DNA from: Obrimoposthia wandeli | Taxonomy: Eukaryota | Direction: 5' to 3' | Assembly (NCBI GenBank): GCA_977020255.1 | Contig: CDROCS010002105.1 | Location: 372,001 to 436,000 of the forward strand | Length of the DNA stretch: 64,000 nucleotides | Part shown: positions 20,817 to 30,431 of the stretch, piece by piece | Layout: every line of letters starts with the position of its first letter | Numbering within the stretch: position 1 is the stretch's first letter | Position numbers and translations under genes: made by a program | Notes under the pieces: model-generated | What the model saw: only the letters and a program-made list of their open reading frames with translations | Told to the model about the DNA's origin: nothing | Database searches by the model: none

Positions 20817-21454
20817 TATTAAATACGTAAATGGGATATCTGCCTAAGAAAAGACAGTGTCTGATGTTATTTCGAGAGGAATATGAACCCAAAGATGGCT
20901 TTCGTAAAGTGAGAAAAACTAATGCGAATGGCCATAAAGGATTATGTTGTATTATGAGGTTTTGGTTCGTTTAGAGCTGATTACAATGAATGTGAAGATA
21001 ATTACATTCAATAGGTAATAAGCTTTTGTTTTTAAATGCTTTGTGTTTTCAATTTAATACGTATTTAGTCGAGGTTTTACGCATAATGTTTAGTGCTATA
21101 AATGATTTTTAGTATGCATATTTTCTTATTCATGAAAAAAACCTCCCATGAAAAGTTACTTCTTAGATAGGCCGTTGCAGGAGGGTAAGTGCATTATTTT
21201 GGTGCACTATACCTTTATATTTGTGCAATGTTTTCCAGTTGTTATATTTAAGCTATTGAATTTTAATTAATTATATAATGGTATGAAGTTTGCTTTGATA
21301 TCTGTGTGTTATGTATGGAGTTTGAAGAGCTAAATAGCAGTGAGGGCTGTTTGGTTTTTTAAGTATTAAGCACATCAGAATACACCTTCTACTTGTCATG
21401 TTTGACACAGGCACTGCTCTTTTGTAGCGGGAGAACAGTGCCTTTTCTTTTTAA

Positions 21455-22402
21455 TTAGCGTTTGTTTTTAAGGTAACGCTTACGACGTTCTTCTTTCTTT
21501 TTAATTTGTTGTTCTTTCTTTAATTCTGTTTGAATAGCGACATTGATCAGCTCTTCAGTGATCATTTCTGGGCGTTCCATTGTGATCTTGCCCAATGTGC
21601 CGTTACGAAGTTCATAGATTAGTATTTCTGACGCTTTGTGGATATCAATACGACCACCAGGGCGTAAACAACCACGTTTACGACCAATTTCTTCCATTAA
21701 CTCGATATCTGTTTCTGGTAATTCATCATCAAGATCGTAGCGTGCTTTGATTAAATCAGGATAAGCCGCTGCTAAATACTCAATAGTGAAGAAAGCCACA
21801 TCGGTATAATCCATTGCAGTATCTTTAACCGCACCAGTTGCCGCTAAACGAAAACCACTGTGCGGGTTTTCTACTTTTGGCCACAAAATTCCAGGGGTGT
21901 CAGATAATACAATACCGTTTTGTAGGTTAATGCGCTGCTGTTGACGAGTAACGGCTGGCTGGTTACCTGTAACAGCAATAGCGCGACCTGCAATTACGTT
22001 AATGATTGTAGATTTACCCACGTTAGGTATGCCCATAATCATAGTACGAATATTTTTACCCATTGCTTCACGACCAGGTGCTAGCTTGCGGCATAGCTCC
22101 ATGATTTGATTTACTTCAGCAATATTCTCTGTCGTGATTGCGATAGCTTTAACACCTTGTTCTTTCTCAAGGTGTGCAATCCACATTTCAGTCATTTCAG
22201 GATCGGCTAAGTCACGTTTGTTCAAAACCTTAACAACAGGCTTGTCACCACGAAGTGAAGAAATCATTGGGTTTTCACTACTGAACGGAATACGTGCATC
22301 TAGCACTTCAATAATGACATCAACTTTAGGAATTGCTTCTTCAATTTCTTTACGTGCTTTGTGCATGTGGCCTGGGAACCACTGAATCATTTGACTACTC
22401 AT
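21455..22402 (-). CDS. ylqF: Ribosome biogenesis GTPase YlqF/RbgA
   Basis: IQWFPGHMHKA, EVLDARIP.SS.NP, NKRDLAD, GIPNVGKSTIIN, DTPGILWPK; start could be 22450. Confidence 0.95.
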   Translation of the reverse strand: MSSQMIQWFPGHMHKARKEIEEAIPKVDVIIEVLDARIPFSSENPMISSLRGDKPVVKVLNKRDLADPEMTEMWIAHLEKEQGVKAIAITTENIAEVNQIMELCRKLAPGREAMGKNIRTMIMGIPNVGKSTIINVIAGRAIAVTGNQPAVTRQQQRINLQNGIVLSDTPGILWPKVENPHSGFRLAATGAVKDTAMDYTDVAFFTIEYLAAAYPDLIKARYDLDDELPETDIELMEEIGRKRGCLRPGGRIDIHKASEILIYELRNGTLGKITMERPEMITEELINVAIQTELKKEQQIKKKEERRKRYLKNKR

Positions 22403-22716
22403 TTGAAAATTTGAACCTTTTTTAAAATCATGCTGTGCATTTTGGGACATGCTGGGGTACTAAAAGTTAAAGCGTCAAAATCTGAAAAACCAAAACAGAA
22501 GTCGATTTGAGTAATAGAATGTTGTCGGTAACTCATCTGACTTTTCTTTAAAGCATGTACGAATGCATAGATTCTAGCATTTTAGTGAATAGATCGGAAA
22601 ATAAGTCAGTATCAAACACTATACATGGCTTTGATTTGTACAAATTCATTAAGCCACAACAAGTCGGACAGGATTTTTTAAATTTCACAAGAGGGAGCGC
22701 AACGAATCAGAGGTAG

Positions 22717-22934
22717 TCCGCTTGTCAGCTTCTTCACCTTCGTATTTATATCCGTATTTACTTCGGATGCGTTGGTCACCATCGGAAGAAAACGACCTTT
22801 GACCTTTCTTCGACGAACCATTACCTGTTAGTAGTACACCGCCGACTATTGGCGAGCATGGGTAAGGGCAGTGAAAAGCACATCTACGGTTTTTGGACAA
22901 AATGTATTCAAACAATCAGAGTGGCTTATTGCAA
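22717..22934 (-). pseudogene. menB: Decayed internal fragment of menB (direct repeat of 41868-42093)
   Basis: Aligns by eye to intact menB with substitutions and about 3 indels; translates to VLLTGNGSSKKGQRSFSSDGDQRIRSKYGYKYEG versus VLLTGNGPSKKGQWSFSSGGDQRIRGKDGYKYEG. Confidence 0.9.
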
Positions 22935-23053
22935 GTCGTTATTTGTTATATCTGCCTGAAAATAAGACATGTTTTTCCTTACAGTCTATACATACTCACT
23001 TAATTACATATCATGTATGTGGTTGGGTATGGTTATATACAAAAGGAATGTGT

Positions 23054-26000
23054 GTGTTTTATCTAAATAGAATAATTGCGATCGATTCGTTTGCTGCTGG
23101 AAAAGAGAACGTTGTTTATCTAAATGGTCATGTAAATCTAAATGGCGATAATGGCGCAGGTAAAACGACCTTTTTACAACTCATTCCCCCTTTTTTTGGG
23201 GCCTATCCAAGCCAACTTGTTCGACGAAAGAAAACCAAACTTCCCTTTGTTGAATATTTTCTTCCCAATAAAACCAGTTACATCATTTATGAATATATTC
23301 GTGGCGATCAAACTTGCATGGCTGTTATGCGAAGTTCAACAGGGAATCAAAGCTCTCAGGCTCAATTCTTATTGATTGAGCATGGCTATGAACGAAGTTT
23401 GTTTATGCTGCAAACCCAGCAAGGTTTTGAAGCTTTACCTTCATCTGATTTGGCTCGACGAGTAACCGATAAAGGGTGGGTACGAACAAGCCAGTGGCTC
23501 AGTTTGAATGAATACCGCAATGTGATTCAATCCAACATTAATGAACGTAATCTGGCAGATAAAAAGCAACAACATAGAAGAAATGAGAATCGGCGCCGGT
23601 TTGCGTTTTGCCGTCATGGCACCTCTATTCACCATATCGAAAAAGTGGTGATGGGCATTTTTGGTCGCGAACCCTCTTTTGAAACCTTCAAAGCAATCAT
23701 TGTTTCAATCATTCAAAGTGACGTATTTGAAAGTGAGAGTGAAACCACGGAGTTGCATAGTACTTTTATAAACAAAGCCTCGTTAGAGCACTGGGCGAAA
23801 GAATATCGCCAGCTTAAACAGGTTCTTAATAAACAGCCGCAAGCGGATAGTTTAGGCAAGATGGCTAGTGAGTGTCTGTTACTGCGCCAGGAGCGATCGC
23901 GGGTCGCAAGCCTGGTTGTACAGCTGATGAATGAAGTCGAAAGCGTGCTGGCTGAAAAAGTACAGTATGGTGATCAATTGTATAAACAGTCGCAAGATCA
24001 TAATGACCATGCTGTTCAGTGCCAACGGGAATGGACATCAAAGGTGATTGAGCTTGAGGCAGAAGTTACAGCCATTGAGAAAACAATCACAGCACTTGAG
24101 TCAGATCACAAGAGCTATCAAAGCATCAATATTGAGTATTTGAAGCAACTGGTTTCTCGAATTCCCCAGCGCAGTACGCGTATTGAAGAACTCAATCAGC
24201 AGATTAGCCATTTAAAATCGGGAGCCGAGGCAATAGAGCTTCAATATAGCGAGTTAAGGCATGATATTGATAGAACATTTGAAAGCCGAATCCGTGATCG
24301 GGAAGATACCTTCAATCATGATTCTAAGCAGCTTACCCAACGTAAAGATATATTAACTCAGCAGTATAGAGAACAACAAAGCCAGATCCGTGTAGAGGCT
24401 AATCAGAAACGGGAAACACAAGAAGCATTAAAAATCCCGTTGGTTGGAAAGATTGCAGCGTTAAAAGTAATGGCGGAAACCCCACCACTTACCGATGAAC
24501 AGAAAAGCGAATTAGCAGCCAAGCAGCGAGCGGTAAAAGAACTCATTGAGCAGAAGCAACGCTATGATCAACAACATGTTAGCGAGTCGGAAAAGATCCG
24601 ACATTTAGATGCGCAAGTATCAGAGCTAGAAAGCCAGCTCCAAGGGGAAAAGACGCGTCATCAGGGAGTCGAAGCGCGTTATCAAGAATTACTACATTAT
24701 CAAACGCCGAACGAGCATAGCTTACTCTACTTTTTACGCACCTCACAGCCGGATTGGATAACAACTATTGGCAAGGTTATCCAACCTGAATTATTGTTGC
24801 GTACCGATCTGCAACCGCAGCAGCTTTCTTCGACCGATGCGTTATACGGCGTTGAAATAAATCTAGATGCGATCAGCACGTTAGAGCTGGTCGATGAAGA
24901 AAAGTTACAGAATTTGCTGTCAGAAAATCGTGACCAAGCTAAAGCCTTTCAACAGGCAATATCAGGTTATAAAGCCAAACAGGAGAAACTTGCTAGGCAA
25001 TGTATAAAACAACGAAAACTTGTGCAGCAAGTACAATATGAGCTCAAAACTTGTGACAGTAAACTCACACAAGCTAATCAAGCAACGCAAGAGTTAGAGC
25101 ACAAACACCAAGAATATCAATCATCATTAAGTGAGCGCTTTTACCATCAAGCAGCCGAGAAGCAGCAACAACTGCAAAGTTTAGAGAAAGACAATCAAGC
25201 AATTATCGTGCAGTGCGACCAAGACTATCGAGCTTCACAGCAGCAAGAACAAGACGCGTTAAGTAAATTAGCGACCCAAGAAAGAAACTTATTTTCACGT
25301 AAAACGCAGGAAATTAGTGACCTCAGATCTAAGCAAGAAAAAAGGCTAGCAGAAAATGATCAAGAGCGGATGCGAGCTCTCAAGCAAGGAGGCGTTGATA
25401 CGCAAACGCTTCAGAAGCAAGAGCAAGAACGTGAGCGTTTAAAGGCAGAAAATAAACAAGCATTTGAAGCGCGAGAGGTGGTTGAAAAATACCAACGTTG
25501 GTCAACCGATGAATGGCCGCGACATCCAAAATATCAACAAAAGCGTGGTCGCCTAGACAGCCAGCTGACTGAGTATAAGCGCAATGTTGAATTGCAGACA
25601 GTCAAGTTAGAAGATCAAACGAAACAATTTAAGCAACAGTTAACCAAGGTGGAAAATCAACTTAGGCAAATCAAGGAAGATCAGCTAGCTTGTCGAAGCT
25701 TGCAGCAACAGACTTCATCGTATTTCCAGCCGCATATCATTGAAGAAAAAAGCGAAGCAGATACCTTAGCGTTGATTCAGCATCAATGGCAAACCGTGCA
25801 GAAACGTTTAGATGAGGTGAATAAAAACGCAGGGAAATTATTCTATACCCTGAAGAAAGTGTTTCTGCAGGAAATGGATACCAATATCTACCGGTTGTGG
25901 CAACAGTTGGAACAAGAGCATGGCAGTAATGATGATTGGTTAGTGATGGCGGAGCCGCTAAACTTATCTTTCCAGACTGAATTAAAGCAGGTTCAAGCCA

Positions 26001-26749
26001 GCCTATTTATTGAACTGTCAAATACTGCCGAAATAATTCGCACTTTTTATCAATATTTGAGCCAATTTGAACAGAGTATTCAACATAAATCTCAGCAACT
26101 GAGTAAGCAGTTAGCGAATGTGCGCGCATTTGAAGCCATTGAAAAAATTCAGATTCGTCTTGCATCTAAAGTGAAAGAGGAGGCCTACTGGCCTTTACTA
26201 CGAAGTTTTCTTACTGATTATGATAATTGGCAAATTCAAAATCAGTCACTACCTCCGCAGGCTCTGGTCGATAACCTACTAGAGCTCGCGCAACTCTTTT
26301 CTCAACGTAGTAAAACCCATGTTGATCTCACCTTGCTGTTTAATTTAGAGGTGGATGTGGTGGAAAATGGCCATGCAAAAAAAGCAGTGACAGGCGCTGA
26401 GCTGGTTGATATTTCAAGTACCGGGCTCTCATACCTAATATTGATTCAAATATTCATTGCCTTAACCAATTTACTGCGTGGTAAATCTAACACAATGATT
26501 AACTGGCCAGTTGATGAACTCGGTAATTTCTCACGGTATAACAGTGCCAAATTACTGGTGACTTTAACTGAAAATGATATAGCCATTACCAGTGCCTTTC
26601 CCGATCCAGACCCTGAATTGCTAGGGGAATACAAGCACACCTATTACATAGAAAAACCAGGTCGTGACATTGTCACTTTTGTGGCTGGTCATCAAGGGTT
26701 ATCAGCAAGCATTGAAGCCATACTCAATGAGGAGGAAGCCCATGTTTGA
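23054..26749 (+). CDS. SMC/MukB-like ATPase (DUF3584-type; MksB/JetC-like)
   Basis: Walker A GDNGAGKTT, long coiled coil, signature-like ISSTGLSY, Walker B NWPVDELG, SAFPDPD; start moved to GTG 23054 (AAGGA RBS) because the ORF-track start at 22871 lies in the menB scar. Confidence 0.88.
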   Translation: MFYLNRIIAIDSFAAGKENVVYLNGHVNLNGDNGAGKTTFLQLIPPFFGAYPSQLVRRKKTKLPFVEYFLPNKTSYIIYEYIRGDQTCMAVMRSSTGNQSSQAQFLLIEHGYERSLFMLQTQQGFEALPSSDLARRVTDKGWVRTSQWLSLNEYRNVIQSNINERNLADKKQQHRRNENRRRFAFCRHGTSIHHIEKVVMGIFGREPSFETFKAIIVSIIQSDVFESESETTELHSTFINKASLEHWAKEYRQLKQVLNKQPQADSLGKMASECLLLRQERSRVASLVVQLMNEVESVLAEKVQYGDQLYKQSQDHNDHAVQCQREWTSKVIELEAEVTAIEKTITALESDHKSYQSINIEYLKQLVSRIPQRSTRIEELNQQISHLKSGAEAIELQYSELRHDIDRTFESRIRDREDTFNHDSKQLTQRKDILTQQYREQQSQIRVEANQKRETQEALKIPLVGKIAALKVMAETPPLTDEQKSELAAKQRAVKELIEQKQRYDQQHVSESEKIRHLDAQVSELESQLQGEKTRHQGVEARYQELLHYQTPNEHSLLYFLRTSQPDWITTIGKVIQPELLLRTDLQPQQLSSTDALYGVEINLDAISTLELVDEEKLQNLLSENRDQAKAFQQAISGYKAKQEKLARQCIKQRKLVQQVQYELKTCDSKLTQANQATQELEHKHQEYQSSLSERFYHQAAEKQQQLQSLEKDNQAIIVQCDQDYRASQQQEQDALSKLATQERNLFSRKTQEISDLRSKQEKRLAENDQERMRALKQGGVDTQTLQKQEQERERLKAENKQAFEAREVVEKYQRWSTDEWPRHPKYQQKRGRLDSQLTEYKRNVELQTVKLEDQTKQFKQQLTKVENQLRQIKEDQLACRSLQQQTSSYFQPHIIEEKSEADTLALIQHQWQTVQKRLDEVNKNAGKLFYTLKKVFLQEMDTNIYRLWQQLEQEHGSNDDWLVMAEPLNLSFQTELKQVQASLFIELSNTAEIIRTFYQYLSQFEQSIQHKSQQLSKQLANVRAFEAIEKIQIRLASKVKEEAYWPLLRSFLTDYDNWQIQNQSLPPQALVDNLLELAQLFSQRSKTHVDLTLLFNLEVDVVENGHAKKAVTGAELVDISSTGLSYLILIQIFIALTNLLRGKSNTMINWPVDELGNFSRYNSAKLLVTLTENDIAITSAFPDPDPELLGEYKHTYYIEKPGRDIVTFVAGHQGLSASIEAILNEEEAHV

Positions 26750-27356
26750 GCAACTAGCGTGGCAATTATTAGCGGGGGAGTTTATTTGCCAGTACCGGAC
26801 TCCGGAATGCTATCGCTATTTAGCGAGTGATGATAATCAGCAGCGGATGCGTGCGTGGCTGAAGCTGATTAATTTGGAATTGGTATCTACACCGCAGGGC
26901 AGTGCTTGGTATGCGGCTTGGATTGATTTGAATGATAAACCCAATGAAATTGATAAAGTATTTCGTGAGGTGGTACAAGATATCAAGCCACTTATTCATT
27001 TTTTGAGCTTGCTGATGAGTGCAAATCATCACGACGTGGCATTATCATCCGGTGATGTTATCCGTTTTCATGAATTATTGGCATCCATTAATGAACAGCC
27101 TGCGTTACGAGAAGAGTTGAAAGGGATCGCGATATTCTGGAAAAGTAATAAAGACAGCGTGGATGGTCAGCTTGGGGTGATTTTGTCGCGCATGGTAGAG
27201 ACGGGATTAATTTTTGAATCGAATCGCGATCAGAAAATCTATAAAGCGAGCGGAAAATTAGAATGGTTTTATGAGTTACTCGATTTCTATGCTGAACAGC
27301 ATCAAATTGTGGAATTAGAACCGGAATTTGAGCCAGAGAATGGGGATCTGTTCTGA
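26742..27356 (+). CDS. MksE/JetB-like kite subunit
   Basis: About 204 aa, LLAGEFIC, winged-helix-like C-terminal half (ILSRMVETGLI...IYKASGK); ATG 26742 follows GAGGAGG and overlaps the SMC stop. Confidence 0.7.
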   Translation: MFEQLAWQLLAGEFICQYRTPECYRYLASDDNQQRMRAWLKLINLELVSTPQGSAWYAAWIDLNDKPNEIDKVFREVVQDIKPLIHFLSLLMSANHHDVALSSGDVIRFHELLASINEQPALREELKGIAIFWKSNKDSVDGQLGVILSRMVETGLIFESNRDQKIYKASGKLEWFYELLDFYAEQHQIVELEPEFEPENGDLF

Positions 27357-28567
27357 TGTCACAGTCTGTAATTTCTGAGGTCATTAAAGCACTGCATGCT
27401 CAGCAGGGTAATATTGAGGATGCATATCATCAACGAGAAGTACAAGTTGAGCGTTCTCGCAGTTGGCAAACACTCGCAAATCAAGGGTTAGTGAGTGGCA
27501 CTTATGAACAGGGATTTCGACTATCCAGTGCCTTGCGTGACATGTTTGATGTGGCGGTACAAAAAGAGCAACGTCGAATTCGGGCCGTTGACATAGCGGC
27601 TTGGCAAGAGCAGATGTTGCATGCGGTAGAACAATACACTCATGCTAAGAACGAGCAACGTAACGACGATGCCGACCATCACCTCGAAGCCATTCGCAAC
27701 GATGTATACAGTTTAACGGATAGCGTAAAAGATAATACCGCGTTACTGGATCTCAAACTCGATAACCACTTTGGGTATGTCAGCACCCTTGAAGAGAAAA
27801 AACGGGAAAATCAGCAAGTGATCCAACAAGTCACACGGCTTTCTGATTCGTTGGCTTTGCTAGACCGAGATGAGTTAGATCGGCTGGCCAGCCAGCATAT
27901 TCCCCTGCGGCGAGTTTTTTACAACGATTTGCTCACCCAGGCACAAAGAACACGAGAAAAGCTCCAGCACTTGTTACCTAAGCTAAGACATAAACTATTT
28001 GGTTATCATCGTCCCGAACACCATGCACAACGGCTTAAACAGTGGCGTACTTATCTCTATCGCCATGCGGAGTTTGAATTTAGCTGCGAGACCGAGCCTG
28101 AAAAAGCGCTCTATAATCGGTTGCCTAGAAAAACAGGTGCGATCCAGCCTCGAATTCACTTGGGTATTGCCAAAGTCAATCAACAAGTTGCAGAGCGTTT
28201 GGCAAATAAAGTCTTCACTGAACGCTCCCAAACTACTGATCCGAAGGTGAAATCTGAAAAATGCCAGTTAACCCTTTCGCAGCAGTCGGAACGTGAGTTG
28301 AATCCCTCTCAGTTTCAAACTCTGGTTGTCAGCTTTATACGGTCTTTGCCACCTAATAAACCGGTTTCTGCATTACTATTTTTGCAACAGGCAGATCAGG
28401 CATTACCGAGCAATTTATGGCTGTTTGCATTACATGTCTGGGTAAGACAAGATCTGGATAAGTCACCATTAAAACAGCGTATCTCTGCTGAGCCGATTCT
28501 TAGTGCTCAGCCTTCTGGAGTTGGAAATATGATCATTCACGACTATAAATTTACACGCTATGCTTAA
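27356..28567 (+). CDS. MksF/JetA-like kleisin subunit
   Basis: 403 aa; N-terminal wHTH-like segment (LANQGLV...GFRLSSALRDMFD), helical middle (LLD.KLDN.FGYVSTLEEK.REN); coupled to both neighbours. Confidence 0.68.
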   Translation: MSQSVISEVIKALHAQQGNIEDAYHQREVQVERSRSWQTLANQGLVSGTYEQGFRLSSALRDMFDVAVQKEQRRIRAVDIAAWQEQMLHAVEQYTHAKNEQRNDDADHHLEAIRNDVYSLTDSVKDNTALLDLKLDNHFGYVSTLEEKKRENQQVIQQVTRLSDSLALLDRDELDRLASQHIPLRRVFYNDLLTQAQRTREKLQHLLPKLRHKLFGYHRPEHHAQRLKQWRTYLYRHAEFEFSCETEPEKALYNRLPRKTGAIQPRIHLGIAKVNQQVAERLANKVFTERSQTTDPKVKSEKCQLTLSQQSERELNPSQFQTLVVSFIRSLPPNKPVSALLFLQQADQALPSNLWLFALHVWVRQDLDKSPLKQRISAEPILSAQPSGVGNMIIHDYKFTRYA

Positions 28568-29441
28568 AATTAAACAGCTTCAGACACTGGCTAATATCAT
28601 CCTACAAAAGAAAGTCAAAGTTACTTTAAGTAAATGGCTTGCTGAATTAAGGGATACTTATGGCTTTGGTATACTTGATATCAAAGGCAAGCACCTGTTG
28701 CTGTCTGAGCAAGACTACCAAACATTGGAATGGATCATTCGGCAATATGTCGCTCCTTCCATTGAACTAGACCAACTGCTTAAACCTAATGCGAAAGAAC
28801 GTATCCAAACCTCAGCGATATTTAACGATGATAAAGCTGGGGCTGCAAAGGCGGGAGAAGAATGGCTACTTGTACGTTCAATTCTCGGGCCGTTGAAGCT
28901 TGAGCAAGCAATAGTAAATAATCCCGTTAGTGCTATCTGTGTAATGGATAAAGAGACACTCGTAAATCATCAACATCAAGCGTTGCTGGTGGTGGAAAAT
29001 AAAGCATTAATGAAAAGCATTCATCAGGCTAAATTACCAGAAGAGGTGATTCGTATGGATCCCTTGGTGATTTACCGCGGCGATGAGTATTTTTCAACTC
29101 GCACCAGTCTGGATTTTATTAAGAACCAATTAAAAGAACATCCTGAGAAACCGCTTTATTTGTTTACAGACTTCGATCCAAAAGGTTTAGTAATAGCGAT
29201 GGCCTATCCAAGTATTAAAGGATTTATTGTGCCAACTCAGGAGATAGTCTGGCAAAAACATACTAATTTTGACAACTTTATTAAACAAACTGAAAGCATG
29301 CGTACACTAGAGTTGAATGCAATGTTATGGAATACCAATATTCAACATATGATTAGCTTGATGGATAAAAAGCAAACGGCTATCACTCAAGAAATAATGG
29401 TTGCCAGATCGTTACCACTAACAACCATTAACATAAGTTAA
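28560..29441 (+). CDS. MksG/JetD-like Toprim nuclease (DUF2220-like)
   Basis: Toprim motifs LLVVENK, VIYRGD and YLFTDFDPKGLVIA; last gene of the SMC operon. Confidence 0.78.
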   Translation: MLKIKQLQTLANIILQKKVKVTLSKWLAELRDTYGFGILDIKGKHLLLSEQDYQTLEWIIRQYVAPSIELDQLLKPNAKERIQTSAIFNDDKAGAAKAGEEWLLVRSILGPLKLEQAIVNNPVSAICVMDKETLVNHQHQALLVVENKALMKSIHQAKLPEEVIRMDPLVIYRGDEYFSTRTSLDFIKNQLKEHPEKPLYLFTDFDPKGLVIAMAYPSIKGFIVPTQEIVWQKHTNFDNFIKQTESMRTLELNAMLWNTNIQHMISLMDKKQTAITQEIMVARSLPLTTINIS

Positions 29442-30292
29442 AACAGATAAGGCTGTAATTCCGCTAAATTTTCAATCACTAATTGCTGTGCTTCCGGTTT
29501 AGGCTCAAGTTTAGTTGGGTCGATATTGAATGCCTGTAAGGTATACCGTACTAAAGGACCTCGGGTAATTAGCTCCAGTCTGCCATCTTCCATACCGTAA
29601 TCTTTCTCAATGACTTTCTTTTGTGCATCGCTTAATCGTTGGTCGGGGATAAGGCTAATTGTGGTATTTGTATTCCATGGAAGATCCCCATCGGCTTTGT
29701 TTGGGGATTCGTCCATGATCTCTGGCTCACCGCTAAAGCGACTAAGAACAAAGTCACGATACTCTTTTCGCTTTTCACAGTAGGCGCGTACATGCCATCG
29801 TAAAGGTGTACAAACGAGTGTATGCGGCGCAATTACTCGGTATTCCGGCTCCGGATTTTCTAATGATATGTAGCATATCTCAACACGTTTCTTCTCGCGG
29901 GCTGCGCGAACCAGTACGCGCAAGATTTCTGGCTGGATATGACGCACTGGTGAATGCAGCATTTCTGTATTAGCAAAACCGAGATCTAGGCTATCAAATG
30001 TATGGCTAATATCCTTATTTCTGCTGATAACGTGCAGATACTCGTCTGCTGTGCCCGTTGTTAGTTTAGGTGAAAAAATCGGCGTAGGTTTATAGCCTTT
30101 TAAGTGTTTATCGTACTCAATGTTGCCTGGTGCGATATCTTTAGCGTAATTGTTGATGTCTTTAGACGCTTGCTGACGGCCAATGCCAAAGCTATTGCAT
30201 AAGTGGTTTGTGGTTAGTCTGCCTTCCCATTGAACAATAATCTCAATCAAACGGTAGCGGGTAAGTAAATCCCATCGTAGTGGCCAGCTCAT
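29438..30292 (-). CDS. WYL-domain transcriptional regulator (BrxR/CapW-like)
   Basis: N-terminal wHTH RYRLIEII..WEGRLTTNHL...FGIGRQQASKDI..Y; WYL core Y.SL..P....R.I.PH.LV....RWHVRAYCE...YRDFVLSR; start ATG 30292 with GAGG RBS. Confidence 0.9.
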   Translation of the reverse strand: MSWPLRWDLLTRYRLIEIIVQWEGRLTTNHLCNSFGIGRQQASKDINNYAKDIAPGNIEYDKHLKGYKPTPIFSPKLTTGTADEYLHVISRNKDISHTFDSLDLGFANTEMLHSPVRHIQPEILRVLVRAAREKKRVEICYISLENPEPEYRVIAPHTLVCTPLRWHVRAYCEKRKEYRDFVLSRFSGEPEIMDESPNKADGDLPWNTNTTISLIPDQRLSDAQKKVIEKDYGMEDGRLELITRGPLVRYTLQAFNIDPTKLEPKPEAQQLVIENLAELQPYLF

Positions 30293-30431
30293 AATCATCC
30301 TCTGAGTATAGAAATAGATGTGCGCGAAAAAGTTACATGTAAGTGTAAACAGTATAGACAGGTAGTCAACGGCTACATATATTGAATGGGTATTAAGGCA
30401 CGGAATATACATTTTAGGTGAGGATTTGGCC

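Noticed and set aside
21190-21206. NtrC box as a confident regulatory feature
   Set aside because: No correctly spaced GG-N10-GC sigma54 promoter was found nearby; kept only as a low-confidence finding.
22685-22915. 76-aa ORF as a functional small protein
   Set aside because: It is a frameshifted menB fragment.
22871-23053. N-terminal 60 aa of the 1292-aa ORF in the track
   Set aside because: This is the antisense read-through of the menB scar plus promoter DNA; the RBS and homology point to a start at 23048/23054.
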